Positions 15,701-25,165 of a DNA stretch of 25,996 bases are shown here, piece by piece (the stretch's first letter is position 1; every line of letters begins with the position of its first letter). Origin of the DNA: a virus (lineage: Duplodnaviria; Caudoviricetes). Made by a program: the position numbers and the translations under genes. The notes under the pieces are model-generated. The model was given only the letters and a program-made list of their open reading frames with translations, searched no databases and was not told the DNA's origin. The stretch covers positions 1 through 25,996 of IMG/VR virus record IMGVR_UViG_3300002092_000174. The stretch is one strand, 5' to 3'.

Positions 15701-16094
15701 GTTTGGCGGGGGATCAGCGCACCCCCACACCCCCAAATCCTCTTTGGGTCCCCCCTAGCCCCCATACCCTCGAATATGAACAAATAACACCGCGTTTTTT
15801 CAAACTTTTATCATTCACCCCCTTACCTTTCCGGATCGACGGCGCTGCTATTTTCACTTAGCTACTATACTTATAAGCCGGGTCGAGAGTTACGCGCCGG
15901 AGCAAAATACCTAGCATTCATGCGGCCTAGCGCCCCATTTGCTTCTTCTACAACAATAAGTACTTATTGCCGATCTGGAGTACCTACCCCCATTAATTTT
16001 TTGCCACATTTATTCAACATTTATCATGCAAACACCCCCCGTCTCTTTTTATTTGCATATGTCAAAAAATTTTTTACAAAAAAATTCCAAAAAG

Positions 16095-16103
16095 TGATAT
16101 AGT
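16095..16103 (+). promoter_or_regulatory. extended -10 promoter for the packaging/head operon
   Basis: TGa-TATAGT ending 6 nt before ATG 16110; A/T tracts upstream. Confidence 0.5.
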
Positions 16104-16109
16104 CGGCGC

Positions 16110-16685
16110 ATGACTGATACGTTAGTACCGAACATAGAGGAGAATATTCCTCTGCCAGAGAATGCAAAAGAAGCATTCCCGGATCTATCTGCCGAACAAG
16201 AGTTGCAGATGAGGGCCAATGTCATCAAGCTAATGTCAGACCTGACTGGTCAAGAAATCTCTCCAACGAAGGAAAACGCAGAGCAAGCCAAAGCTTTGGC
16301 TAAGGAGATGATCTCTAATCCTGCTTTTCGCCCTGACTACTCTAAATATCCCAACGAAACACTAGCTATGTTGGCTGGTATGGTGGCTCAGATGAACGTC
16401 TCTATAGTAGAAGAGCTGTCTGATCTGAAGATGTACGTGGTAAATAAGCTAGTTGCCGAGATAGAAGCTGCAAAAGACCCCAAAATTCGTGTCGCTGCCC
16501 TAGGAAAACTGGGTGAAGTGGACGGAGTTGACGCATTTAAGAAGCGTAGTGAGGTCACACATAAGATATTGACGGCAGAAGAGGTCGAAAAAGAGCTATT
16601 AGAGACGCTAAACAGCCTAGAAAACAAGGTAATTGACGTTGAAGCCCGAGAAATCGTGAAAAATGACTCAAAATCTGACGCCTGA
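16110..16685 (+). CDS. terS: probable terminase small subunit
   Basis: 191 aa helical protein directly upstream of and overlapping TerL; call mainly by position. Confidence 0.65.
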   Translation: MTDTLVPNIEENIPLPENAKEAFPDLSAEQELQMRANVIKLMSDLTGQEISPTKENAEQAKALAKEMISNPAFRPDYSKYPNETLAMLAGMVAQMNVSIVEELSDLKMYVVNKLVAEIEAAKDPKIRVAALGKLGEVDGVDAFKKRSEVTHKILTAEEVEKELLETLNSLENKVIDVEAREIVKNDSKSDA

Positions 16686-18195
16686 GAAGATTTTTAAGCT
16701 GCGGCAGAGCTTGCCAAGCATGCCAGACAGACAAAGAAGGCGTGTTCTTGAGCTATTGAAGACATACGATGCCCAAATAACCCAAAATTTGGGTAAGGAG
16801 AGCTTTCTTGACTTTGTTAAACACGTATATCCCGGTTATAAAGTTGGGCCACACCATCTTAAGCTGGCGCAGATTTTTGAAGACATTGCCAACGGTAAGA
16901 AGAAGCGGGTAATAGTTAATATTGCCCCTCGCCACGGTAAATCTGAGCTAATTTCCTACCTTGCCCCTGCTTGGTTTCTAGGTAAATACCCTCAGAAGAA
17001 GATTATTATGTCGTCTCATACGGCGGATCTGGCTATTAACTTTGGTCGGCGAGTACGTAACCTTGTGGGTTCAGATTTATACAAAGAAATTTTTCCGCAA
17101 GTAGAACTGCAGGCTGACTCGAAGTCGGCATCAAGGTGGGGAACAAACTTCAATGGAGAATATTTTGCTATTGGTGTTGGAGGTGCTCTCGCTGGTCGCG
17201 GCGCTGATCTTTTCATTATTGACGATCCGCATAGTGAGCAAGATGCCAAAACGGGACGAGCGGATGTTTTTCTTCCTGCTTGGGAGTGGTTCCAGTCTGG
17301 CCCTATTCAGCGCCTTATGCCGGGCGGTGCGATTATTGTTGTGATGACAAGGTGGTCCAAGCTAGATTTAACGGGCCAAATCATCAAACAAATGGAGTTA
17401 AATGACACTCAAGGCGATACCGTCGAGCCTTGGGAAGTGGTCGAGTTTCCTGCAATTAAAGATGACGGAGAAGCTCTTTGGCCTGAGTTTTGGCCCGTAG
17501 AAGAGCTGTTGGCTAAGAAAGCTGTATTAGATATTAGGTATTGGAATGCACAGTTCATGCAAAACCCAGTATCAGAGGAAGGCGCACTAATTAAGAGGGA
17601 GTGGTGGAAAATTTGGGATAAAGAATCCCCTCCCGCATGTGACTTCACTATCATGAGTCTAGATGCTGCGCAAGAAGCCAACAATAGGGCTGACTTTAAC
17701 GCATTAACGACATGGGGTGTGTTCTTTAATGAAGAAACTAATAACTACGCCATCATTTTGCTCAACTCTATTAAGAAGAGGCTGGAGTACCCTGACCTAA
17801 AAGCGATGGTTATCGAGCAGTACAAAGAATGGCAACCAGATGCATTTATGGTTGAGAAGAAGTCCAACGGATCCGTGCTGTATCAAGAGTTCCGCAGGAT
17901 GGGTATACCCGTAGGTGAGTTCACCCCCGGGAAAGGTCAGGACAAAATTGCTCGTGTGAACGCGGTGTCGGCATTATTCCAAGGGGGAGTTGTGTACGCT
18001 CCGGATAGGCGATGGGCAAAGGAAGTAATTGAGGAATGCAACGACTTTCCCTCTGGCGCAAACGACGACTTGGTGGACTCCACTACGCTTGCGCTGTTAA
18101 GATTCAGGCAGGGCGGGTTTATCCGACTGGACACAGATGAGCCAGAAGAACCTAACTTGTTAAATATGTACCGCAAACGCGCGGCTTACTATTAA
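16663..18195 (+). CDS. terL: terminase large subunit
   Basis: Walker A NIAPRHGKS, GRGAD, Walker B FIIDDP, VMTRW; nuclease domain SLDAA, VEKKSNG, FP...NDDLVD. Confidence 0.95.
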   Translation: MTQNLTPEKIFKLRQSLPSMPDRQRRRVLELLKTYDAQITQNLGKESFLDFVKHVYPGYKVGPHHLKLAQIFEDIANGKKKRVIVNIAPRHGKSELISYLAPAWFLGKYPQKKIIMSSHTADLAINFGRRVRNLVGSDLYKEIFPQVELQADSKSASRWGTNFNGEYFAIGVGGALAGRGADLFIIDDPHSEQDAKTGRADVFLPAWEWFQSGPIQRLMPGGAIIVVMTRWSKLDLTGQIIKQMELNDTQGDTVEPWEVVEFPAIKDDGEALWPEFWPVEELLAKKAVLDIRYWNAQFMQNPVSEEGALIKREWWKIWDKESPPACDFTIMSLDAAQEANNRADFNALTTWGVFFNEETNNYAIILLNSIKKRLEYPDLKAMVIEQYKEWQPDAFMVEKKSNGSVLYQEFRRMGIPVGEFTPGKGQDKIARVNAVSALFQGGVVYAPDRRWAKEVIEECNDFPSGANDDLVDSTTLALLRFRQGGFIRLDTDEPEEPNLLNMYRKRAAYY

Positions 18196-19006
18196 GGATA
18201 CATCATGGATGATATGAGTTGGAAACGGGTGAAAGGTGGGTATTACGCTCCCGGCACGCCTGAGTACAAAGAATTCATGAAGGAAGTGGAGCCACTAATA
18301 AAAAGTGGCAAAACTAATATATCTCCGTCACATAACATGCCTCTTCCAGAAAATAAATTTGTTCGTCCGGAAAACTACATACCCGCGCGTAGAGCAGATC
18401 CCCTAGGCAAACACGGATCAAAAGACAGAATAGAAACAATAGATTATGGGTATGACAAAGAAACCATAGGCAGGTTATTGAATGCCTACAACGACGCGGT
18501 TAAACGTCATGGTGTACCTAAGATGTCAGCTGATGATCTAACTAATATGGCGTTAGTAGAAGGACGATCTAACTTTGGCTACAACGGCTTCGATTACAAC
18601 AATAAAAAATCAAATGCTATTGCACAGGATCTAGTTAAACTGGGACATGATCCGTATGCTGCTGGGTTTCCAGCGGCTATAGCGGACAGAATGGCTGATG
18701 CACAAAGGCGTGGTGTTGATTTTTACCATGCTTGGAACGGTGGGGGGCCAGAGGCTAAGAAATATTCGCAGCGTATTGAGCAACAAAGATATGCAGTAGA
18801 GCATCCAAAGAATCAACCATTGCGCAACTTTATTAAACAGAAAATTGGGGCTTTGGATACAGACCAGAATATGTCTGAAGCAGAACCAGATCAGAACATT
18901 TCGCAAGTAGAGGCAGAACCAGACATGATGCGTCGTGGTGGCTCTGTAAGGATGCCTGACAGTTACAGTCAAGGCAGTTGGAAACTAATTTAAGGATACA
19001 TCATGG
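18192..19006 (+). repeat. 17 bp direct repeats flanking one gene
   Basis: TTAAGGATACATCATGG at 18192-18208 and 18990-19006. Confidence 0.9.
18205..18993 (+). CDS. hypothetical protein, possible lysozyme-like fold; inserted gene
   Basis: 262 aa; MALVEGRSNFG and HAWNGGG...Y loosely resemble transglycosylase/muramidase motifs. Confidence 0.75.
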   Translation: MDDMSWKRVKGGYYAPGTPEYKEFMKEVEPLIKSGKTNISPSHNMPLPENKFVRPENYIPARRADPLGKHGSKDRIETIDYGYDKETIGRLLNAYNDAVKRHGVPKMSADDLTNMALVEGRSNFGYNGFDYNNKKSNAIAQDLVKLGHDPYAAGFPAAIADRMADAQRRGVDFYHAWNGGGPEAKKYSQRIEQQRYAVEHPKNQPLRNFIKQKIGALDTDQNMSEAEPDQNISQVEAEPDMMRRGGSVRMPDSYSQGSWKLI

Positions 19007-21522
19007 CAATAGACAAGGCTTTATATCAGGCTCCTCAAGGTATCGACCAGATTGGTGCTGAAGACGATGAGCCTCTTGAGATTACTATTGAGGACCCAGA
19101 GGCGGTAGATATTAAAGGTCCCGGCTTTGAGATTAGTATGGTGCAAGAGGAAAACAGCGATGACTTTAGTCGCAACCTTGCAGAAGAAATGGATGAGGCT
19201 ACTCTATTAAAGATAGCTGGCGATTTACTAGGGGATTTTGAAACTGACGTTGCTAGTCGCAAGGACTGGGTACAGACTTATGTAGATGGTCTTGAGTTGC
19301 TTGGCATGAAGATTGAGGAACGTATTGAGCCTTGGCCCGGTGCGTGTGGTGTGTTCCACCCACTATTGGCTGAGTCACTTGTGAAGTTCCAAGCTGAGAC
19401 CATGATGTCTACATTCCCAGCAGCTGGGCCTGTTAAGACTGCAATCATCGGTAAAGAAACTCCTGAGAAGAAAGAGCAAGCTGAGCGCGTGCAGACTGAT
19501 ATGAACTATCAGTTGACCGAGGTGATGAAAGAATACCGTCCAGAACATGAACGCATGTTGTGGGGCTTGGGTCTATCAGGTAATGCGTTTAAGAAAGTAT
19601 ATGAAGACTCTAGCCTGCAACGGCAAGTTGCGATGTTTTGCCCTGCGGAAGATGTTGTTGTTCCATACGGTGCGTCGAGCCTAGAGGCGGCGGAGCGTGT
19701 AACGCATGTGATGCGCAAGACTCCTAACGAAGTGCGTAAGCTCCAGTACGACGGGTTCTACCGTGACGTTGACCTAGGCGATCCAACTGGTGTGATGGAC
19801 GAGGTAGAAAAGAAGATTGCAGAGAAGTTGGGCTTTAGAGCCACACAAGACGATCGCTTCAAACTACTAGAGATGCACGTGGAGCTTGACCTCCCCGGTT
19901 TCGAGCATGAGACAGACAAAGGTGAGCAGACAGGCATTGCATTGCCATATGTTGTGACACTAGAGAAGTCCTCTGGTCAAATCTTAGCTATCCGCAGGAA
20001 TTGGAAAGAAGACGATGATACTTATCAAAAACGAGCACACTTCGTACATTACCCATATATACCGGGTTTTGGTTTTTACGCTTTTGGGCTTATCCATCTC
20101 ATTGGCGCTTTCTCTAAGTCTGGCACTTCTATCCTTCGCCAATTGGTTGACGCAGGTACGCTATCAAACTTACCGGGTGGCTTCAAGACACGCGGACTAC
20201 GTTCGAAAGGCGATGACACGCCGATAGCACCGGGCGAGTTCAGGGACATGGACGTCCCAAGCGGGTCGATCAAAGACAACATCATGACCTTGCCATACAA
20301 AGAGCCATCACAGGTTCTCTTGGCGTTGTTGAACCAGATCATCGAAGACGGTCGCAGATTTGCAGGCACTGCTGACTTACAAGTTGCAGATATGTCTGCA
20401 GGTTCTCCAGTTGGTACTACGCTTGCGATCCTCGAGCGTACATTGAAGTCAATGAGCGCTGTTCAAGCTCGCATTCACTATGCGATGCGTCAAGAGTTTG
20501 AGTTACTCAAAGAAATCATCGCCAATAACGCCCCCGATGAATATGACTACGATCCAGAAGAAGGATCCCGGATGGCTAAAAAGTCCGACTATGAGGCTGT
20601 AAACATACTGCCAGTAAGCGACCCCAACGCCGCTACTATGGCTCAAAAGATTGTTCAATATCAAGCGGCTCTCCAGTTAGCACAAACAGCACCTCAGTTG
20701 TACGACCTTCCTCTATTACATCGTCAGATGTTAGATGTCATCGGCATTAAGAATTACCAAAAACTTGTACCGATGTCGGAGGACATGAAGGCACGCGATC
20801 CTGTTACTGAGAACATGAACATTCTTAGTAACAAACCAGTCAAAGCGTTCTTGTACCAAGATCATAGAGCACATATCGCGGTGCACATGGCGGCGGCGCA
20901 AGATCCACACATGCAACAGTTGATTGGACAAAATCCTCAGATGGCTCAGACTATCCAAGCAGCGATGTCAGCTCACGTTGCAGAACATTTGGGTATGGAG
21001 TACCGCAAGCAGATGGAGCAGATGATGGGCCAAACATTGCCTGCTAACCAAGATGATGCAAATGAGAAAGAAATGGCACCAGACATGGAGGTCAAAGTTT
21101 CTCAGATGGCAGCACAAGCTGCGCAACAGTTGTTACAGCAACACACTCAAGAAGCACAGCAGCAACAAAACCAGCAGCAAGCTCAAGACCCGCTCATCCA
21201 GTTGCAACAACAAGAGTTGCAGCTTAAGGGTCAAGATCTGCAACGTAAAACCCAAAAAGATCAATCTGATGCTCAGCTTAAAGCGCAGCAGCTACAGATT
21301 GAACGTGATCGCATCGCAGCACAACAAGAAACCGAAGGGGCGAAACTCGCTTCTAAGGTACACGGGGAAAGAGAACAGCGTAGAGCTGCTCATGAAGAGA
21401 AAGGGTTCACCACGGCGGTGGATCTACATAAACATGCTCTGTCATTGTCTCAGCAAGAGCAGATGGCGCGTTATCAAGCCCAGCAAGGGGCACAGAAAGA
21501 TAAACCTAAGAAAGGTGAATGA
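19003..21522 (+). CDS. portal protein with long Gln-rich coiled-coil C-terminus
   Basis: 839 aa after TerL; PWPGACGVFHP, GNAFKKVY, GFYAFGL segments of P22-like portal type. Confidence 0.88.
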   Translation: MAIDKALYQAPQGIDQIGAEDDEPLEITIEDPEAVDIKGPGFEISMVQEENSDDFSRNLAEEMDEATLLKIAGDLLGDFETDVASRKDWVQTYVDGLELLGMKIEERIEPWPGACGVFHPLLAESLVKFQAETMMSTFPAAGPVKTAIIGKETPEKKEQAERVQTDMNYQLTEVMKEYRPEHERMLWGLGLSGNAFKKVYEDSSLQRQVAMFCPAEDVVVPYGASSLEAAERVTHVMRKTPNEVRKLQYDGFYRDVDLGDPTGVMDEVEKKIAEKLGFRATQDDRFKLLEMHVELDLPGFEHETDKGEQTGIALPYVVTLEKSSGQILAIRRNWKEDDDTYQKRAHFVHYPYIPGFGFYAFGLIHLIGAFSKSGTSILRQLVDAGTLSNLPGGFKTRGLRSKGDDTPIAPGEFRDMDVPSGSIKDNIMTLPYKEPSQVLLALLNQIIEDGRRFAGTADLQVADMSAGSPVGTTLAILERTLKSMSAVQARIHYAMRQEFELLKEIIANNAPDEYDYDPEEGSRMAKKSDYEAVNILPVSDPNAATMAQKIVQYQAALQLAQTAPQLYDLPLLHRQMLDVIGIKNYQKLVPMSEDMKARDPVTENMNILSNKPVKAFLYQDHRAHIAVHMAAAQDPHMQQLIGQNPQMAQTIQAAMSAHVAEHLGMEYRKQMEQMMGQTLPANQDDANEKEMAPDMEVKVSQMAAQAAQQLLQQHTQEAQQQQNQQQAQDPLIQLQQQELQLKGQDLQRKTQKDQSDAQLKAQQLQIERDRIAAQQETEGAKLASKVHGEREQRRAAHEEKGFTTAVDLHKHALSLSQQEQMARYQAQQGAQKDKPKKGE

Positions 21523-21725
21523 TGTCATACGAGGTATTACAAACATCACAACATTTCATAAAACAGATCGACGAAAACATAAAACGACTTGAAGAAGATC
21601 TTGGCGCTAGTAGTGCTAAGAGCTATGAAGAGTATCGCTATATGTGTGGGGTTATCACAGGTCTACTCACAGCTCGTCGATTCATTACAGACCTGACAAA
21701 GAGTATGGAAGATTCCGATGAGTGA
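21519..21725 (+). CDS. small conserved head-module protein
   Basis: 68 aa, ATGA overlap; AKSYEEYRYMCGVITGL motif commonly seen between portal and GroES. Confidence 0.8.
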   Translation: MMSYEVLQTSQHFIKQIDENIKRLEEDLGASSAKSYEEYRYMCGVITGLLTARRFITDLTKSMEDSDE

Positions 21726-22131
21726 AACACTTGATCTATCGCAAGCAGTGGATTTAACACAACTATTGCACAAGACAGAAGAAGAAAAAGCCAAACAACT
21801 ACCCAAACCTTCTGGTTATCGCATTCTGTGCGCTGTGCCAGAGGCGGAGAGTGAGTTTGAAGAAAGTGAAGTTGGATTAATTAAATCCGACGAGACCATG
21901 CGCAACGAAGAGCTGCTCACAACAGTTTTGTTTGTTGTTGATATGGGACCAGACTGCTATGCAGACAAAGCTAAGTTCCCTAACGGGCCTTGGTGCAAAA
22001 AGGGTGACTTCATTTTGATTCGTCCAAATGCAGGTACACGCCTACTGATCCACGGACGCGAATTCCGCATCATCTATGACGACAACGTCGAAGGTGTTGT
22101 AGAAGATCCTCGCGGCATTAAACGTAAATAA
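21718..22131 (+). CDS. groES: GroES/Cpn10-like co-chaperonin
   Basis: PSGYRILC...GLI...VVDMGPD...KKGDFIL...AGTRLLIHGREFRIIYDDNVEGVV follows the Cpn10 pattern. Confidence 0.85.
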   Translation: MSETLDLSQAVDLTQLLHKTEEEKAKQLPKPSGYRILCAVPEAESEFEESEVGLIKSDETMRNEELLTTVLFVVDMGPDCYADKAKFPNGPWCKKGDFILIRPNAGTRLLIHGREFRIIYDDNVEGVVEDPRGIKRK

Positions 22132-22140
22132 GGAGGCCTT

Positions 22141-23100
22141 ATGGCTACAGGACAGTTTGAGGAATATAAGTTTCCCGACGAGCAGACCCAAGTGGATGTT
22201 CAAGTGGAAGACACAGAAGAAGTAGACGTCAAGATAGTTGACGACACACCGCAGGAAGATAGGTTCGTAGAGCCACTTACTGAGGAAATTAAAGAAGACC
22301 TAGAAAAAGCTGATGAGTCTGACGATTACACCAACAATGTAAAAGTCAAGTTTAAGCAGTACAAGAAAGCTTGGCACGATGAGCGTCGTGCAAAAGAGGC
22401 GGCTTTTAGGGAACAACAAGAAGCTCTGGCTGCGGCTCAACGGATCTTAGATGAGAACCGAAAGCTTAAAACGATGTTGGAAAGTGGTGAGAAAGAATTA
22501 ATTTCTAACTACCAATCATCGGCTGAACTGGAAGTAGATAAAGCAGAACGCAACTATAAAGAGGCTTATGACTCTGGGGATTCGGATAAGCTTTTAGAAG
22601 CCCAGCGGGAGCTAGTACGTGCGGAGATGAAACTTGATAAGGTAAAAAGTTACAAACCCACTGTACAAATACCAGAAAATGATGTACAAACTACCCAACA
22701 ACCGCAGCCCACTCAACAGATGGACCCAAAGGTTGCAAGCTGGGTTTCACAGAACCCTTGGTTTGTAGACCAGAACAAGATAGCGATGCGCAAGTACGCT
22801 GAAGGTGTTCACGAAGAGCTAGCGATGCGGTACGGTAAAGCATACATTGGTACTGATGAGTATTTCAAAAGTATCGACAAAGAAGTTGCACGTAGATTCC
22901 CAGAAGAATTCGCGTCAACTACAAAAAACGAAGAGGTTGATAAACCAACTCGTACAAAACCAAGCACGGTCGTTGCACCGGCTAAACGTAGTACATCCTC
23001 TAAACAGGTCGTATTAACGAAAACGCAAGCTGCCTTGGCGAAGAAACTCGGACTAACCAATGAGCAGTACGCTCGTGAAATGACAAGATTGGAGGCTTAA
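22141..23100 (+). CDS. probable scaffolding protein
   Basis: Acidic N-terminus, coiled coil, C-terminal AKKLGLTNEQYARE; AAGGAGG RBS; position before capsid. Confidence 0.65.
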   Translation: MATGQFEEYKFPDEQTQVDVQVEDTEEVDVKIVDDTPQEDRFVEPLTEEIKEDLEKADESDDYTNNVKVKFKQYKKAWHDERRAKEAAFREQQEALAAAQRILDENRKLKTMLESGEKELISNYQSSAELEVDKAERNYKEAYDSGDSDKLLEAQRELVRAEMKLDKVKSYKPTVQIPENDVQTTQQPQPTQQMDPKVASWVSQNPWFVDQNKIAMRKYAEGVHEELAMRYGKAYIGTDEYFKSIDKEVARRFPEEFASTTKNEEVDKPTRTKPSTVVAPAKRSTSSKQVVLTKTQAALAKKLGLTNEQYAREMTRLEA

Positions 23101-23553
23101 ATGGCTACAGAAAACAGATTACAACGCGAGATGACTAGTAGAGCTGCGCAGGAGCGTCCTAAGCAGTGGCAACAAGCAGATCTACTGCCGGAACCTGATA
23201 AGGAACCGGGCTACGCGTACCGATGGATTCGTGTTTCTACTTTGAACAACATCGACCAGCGAAACATTACGGGTAAATACCGTGAGGGCTGGGAACCTGT
23301 AGCGTCAGAGGAGCAGCCGAAATTTAGACTGCTAATCGATCCCACTAGCCGATTCGTCGGTCAAATTGAGATCGGTGGATTGTTACTTTGCAAGTGTCCA
23401 ATTGAGCTGATGGAACAACGTAATGCACATTACGCTAAACAGACTCATGCACAGGCGGAAGCTGTAGATAACAATTTAATGCGCCAGAGTGACGCGCGGA
23501 TGCCTATCTTTAGAGAAAGCAAATCCTCGACTAGTTTTGGTAAAGGTACTTAA
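23101..23553 (+). CDS. conserved head-module hypothetical protein
   Basis: 150 aa, GGAGG RBS; GYAYRWIR, REGWEPV, IGGLLLCK. Confidence 0.8.
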   Translation: MATENRLQREMTSRAAQERPKQWQQADLLPEPDKEPGYAYRWIRVSTLNNIDQRNITGKYREGWEPVASEEQPKFRLLIDPTSRFVGQIEIGGLLLCKCPIELMEQRNAHYAKQTHAQAEAVDNNLMRQSDARMPIFRESKSSTSFGKGT

Positions 23554-23572
23554 ATTTTTATAGGAGTCTTAA

Positions 23573-24187
23573 ATGGCTTATCCCACCGTCAGCAAGACGT
23601 ATGGATTCAAACCAGTCAACCGACTGGATGGGCTTCCCTACGCCGGAGCGATCCGTCAAATCCCTGTAGCGCCAGCATATGCGACCGCTATTCTCAATGG
23701 CGATACTGTTGCTATTAACACCAGCGGTTACCTTATCGCTAAAACTGCCACTAACAGTGGTGACAGCGTAGGTGTATTGGTTGGTTGCCAATATGTGAAC
23801 TCGGCAGGTCAAACTGTTCAAGGTCAATATTACCCAGCTGCTACCTCAACTTCTACAGCAATGGCTTTTGGCTATGTTGTGGATGATCCTAACGCTGTGT
23901 TCAAAGTTGTTGCTACAAACGGTCAAACCACTGTTCCCACGGCATTTACCCGTGCGATTGTTGGCGCTAACGTAGCAATCTCCGTTACCACTGGTAACAC
24001 CACCACTGGTGACTCGTATTATGGTATCGACGGAACTTCCGCTGACACCACCAATACATTGCCAGTCCGTGTAGTTGATGTTGTGCCTGATACCGCCACT
24101 GGCTTGCCCGGTGTTGCAGCTACGACTTACTACGAGTTTTTGGTCAAGTTCAACTTGCACCAGTACACCGATACCACCGGTATCTAA
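23573..24187 (+). CDS. probable capsid decoration / minor head protein
   Basis: 204 aa Thr/Ala/Gly-rich beta-type protein just before the capsid gene; AGGAG RBS. Confidence 0.65.
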   Translation: MAYPTVSKTYGFKPVNRLDGLPYAGAIRQIPVAPAYATAILNGDTVAINTSGYLIAKTATNSGDSVGVLVGCQYVNSAGQTVQGQYYPAATSTSTAMAFGYVVDDPNAVFKVVATNGQTTVPTAFTRAIVGANVAISVTTGNTTTGDSYYGIDGTSADTTNTLPVRVVDVVPDTATGLPGVAATTYYEFLVKFNLHQYTDTTGI

Positions 24188-24200
24188 GGAGTAACTTACT

Positions 24201-25112
24201 ATGGCTATTTCACGCGCACAACTACTGAAGGAACTCCTTCCCGGTCTTAATGCTTTGTTCGGTCTCGAGTATGCACGCTACGGCGAAGAGCACAAAGAGA
24301 TTTACGAAACAGAGACTTCAGAGCGTAGCTTTGAAGAAGAGACCAAACTGTCTGGTTTCTCTGCTGCTCCTGTCAAAAACGAAGGTTCTGCCATCGCTTA
24401 TGACAATGCACAAGAAGCATGGACTGCCCGCTACAACCACGAAACTATCGCCTTGGGTTTTAGCTTGACTGAAGAAGCTATCGAAGACAACCTCTACGAT
24501 TCTTTGTCTGCTCGTTATACCAAAGGTTTGGCTCGTGCTATGGCGTACACCAAGCAAGTTAAGGCTGCTAACGTGTTGAACAACGGCTTCTCTAGCAGCT
24601 ACCTCGGTGGTGACGGTGTGGCTTTGTTTAGCGCTTCACATCCCTTGGTTTCTGGCGGCACTAATAGCAACACCCCATCTACTCAAGCTGACTTGAACGA
24701 GACTTCCCTTGAAGCCGCCGTTATCCAGATCGCTGCTTGGACTGATGAGCGTGGTCTGTTGATCGCTGCTAAACCTAAGAAGTTGATTATTCCTCCAGCA
24801 CTCCAGTTCGTGGCAACCCGTTTGCTCGAGACTAAGTTGCGCGTTGGAACAAACAACAACGACATCAACGCCCTTGAGAACAATGGTTCTATTCCAGAAG
24901 GCTGGACTATCAACCACTTCTTGACTGACGTTAATGCTTGGTTCTTGACTACAGACGTGCCTAACGGTATGAAACACTTTGTCCGTACGCCTTTGGCGAA
25001 CAGCATGGACGGAGACTTCGACACCGGCAACGTCCGTTACAAGTCCCGCGAGCGTTACAGCTTCGGCTGGTCTGATCCATTGGGTGTCTTCGGCTCCTCT
25101 GGTTCGTTCTAA
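24201..25112 (+). CDS. major capsid protein (Mu gpT-like, HK97 fold)
   Basis: MAISRAQLLKELLPGLNALFG, SERSFEEE, DGVALFSASHP, PKKLIIPPAL, DFDTGNVRYKSRERYSFG; highly biased codons. Confidence 0.92.
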   Translation: MAISRAQLLKELLPGLNALFGLEYARYGEEHKEIYETETSERSFEEETKLSGFSAAPVKNEGSAIAYDNAQEAWTARYNHETIALGFSLTEEAIEDNLYDSLSARYTKGLARAMAYTKQVKAANVLNNGFSSSYLGGDGVALFSASHPLVSGGTNSNTPSTQADLNETSLEAAVIQIAAWTDERGLLIAAKPKKLIIPPALQFVATRLLETKLRVGTNNNDINALENNGSIPEGWTINHFLTDVNAWFLTTDVPNGMKHFVRTPLANSMDGDFDTGNVRYKSRERYSFGWSDPLGVFGSSGSF

Positions 25113-25114
25113 AG

Positions 25115-25149
25115 AAAAGGGGGTCAAAAGCCCCCTTTTTTTCTTTTTT
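25115..25149 (+). terminator. intrinsic terminator after capsid gene
   Basis: AAAAGGGGGT-CAAAA-GCCCCCTTTTTTT. Confidence 0.85.
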
Positions 25150-25165
25150 GGTGTATATTTCAAAC

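Noticed and set aside
15830-15960. tRNA or other small RNA in the divergence gap
   Set aside because: No cloverleaf or T-loop consensus; only weak pairing, and the TATACT at 15866 lacks a -35
15920-16102. 60 aa plus-strand ORF before terS
   Set aside because: No RBS, low-complexity A/T tracts, overlaps the likely promoter
21100-21330. CAG/CAA-rich repeat
   Set aside because: Simply encodes the Gln-rich coiled-coil tail of the portal protein
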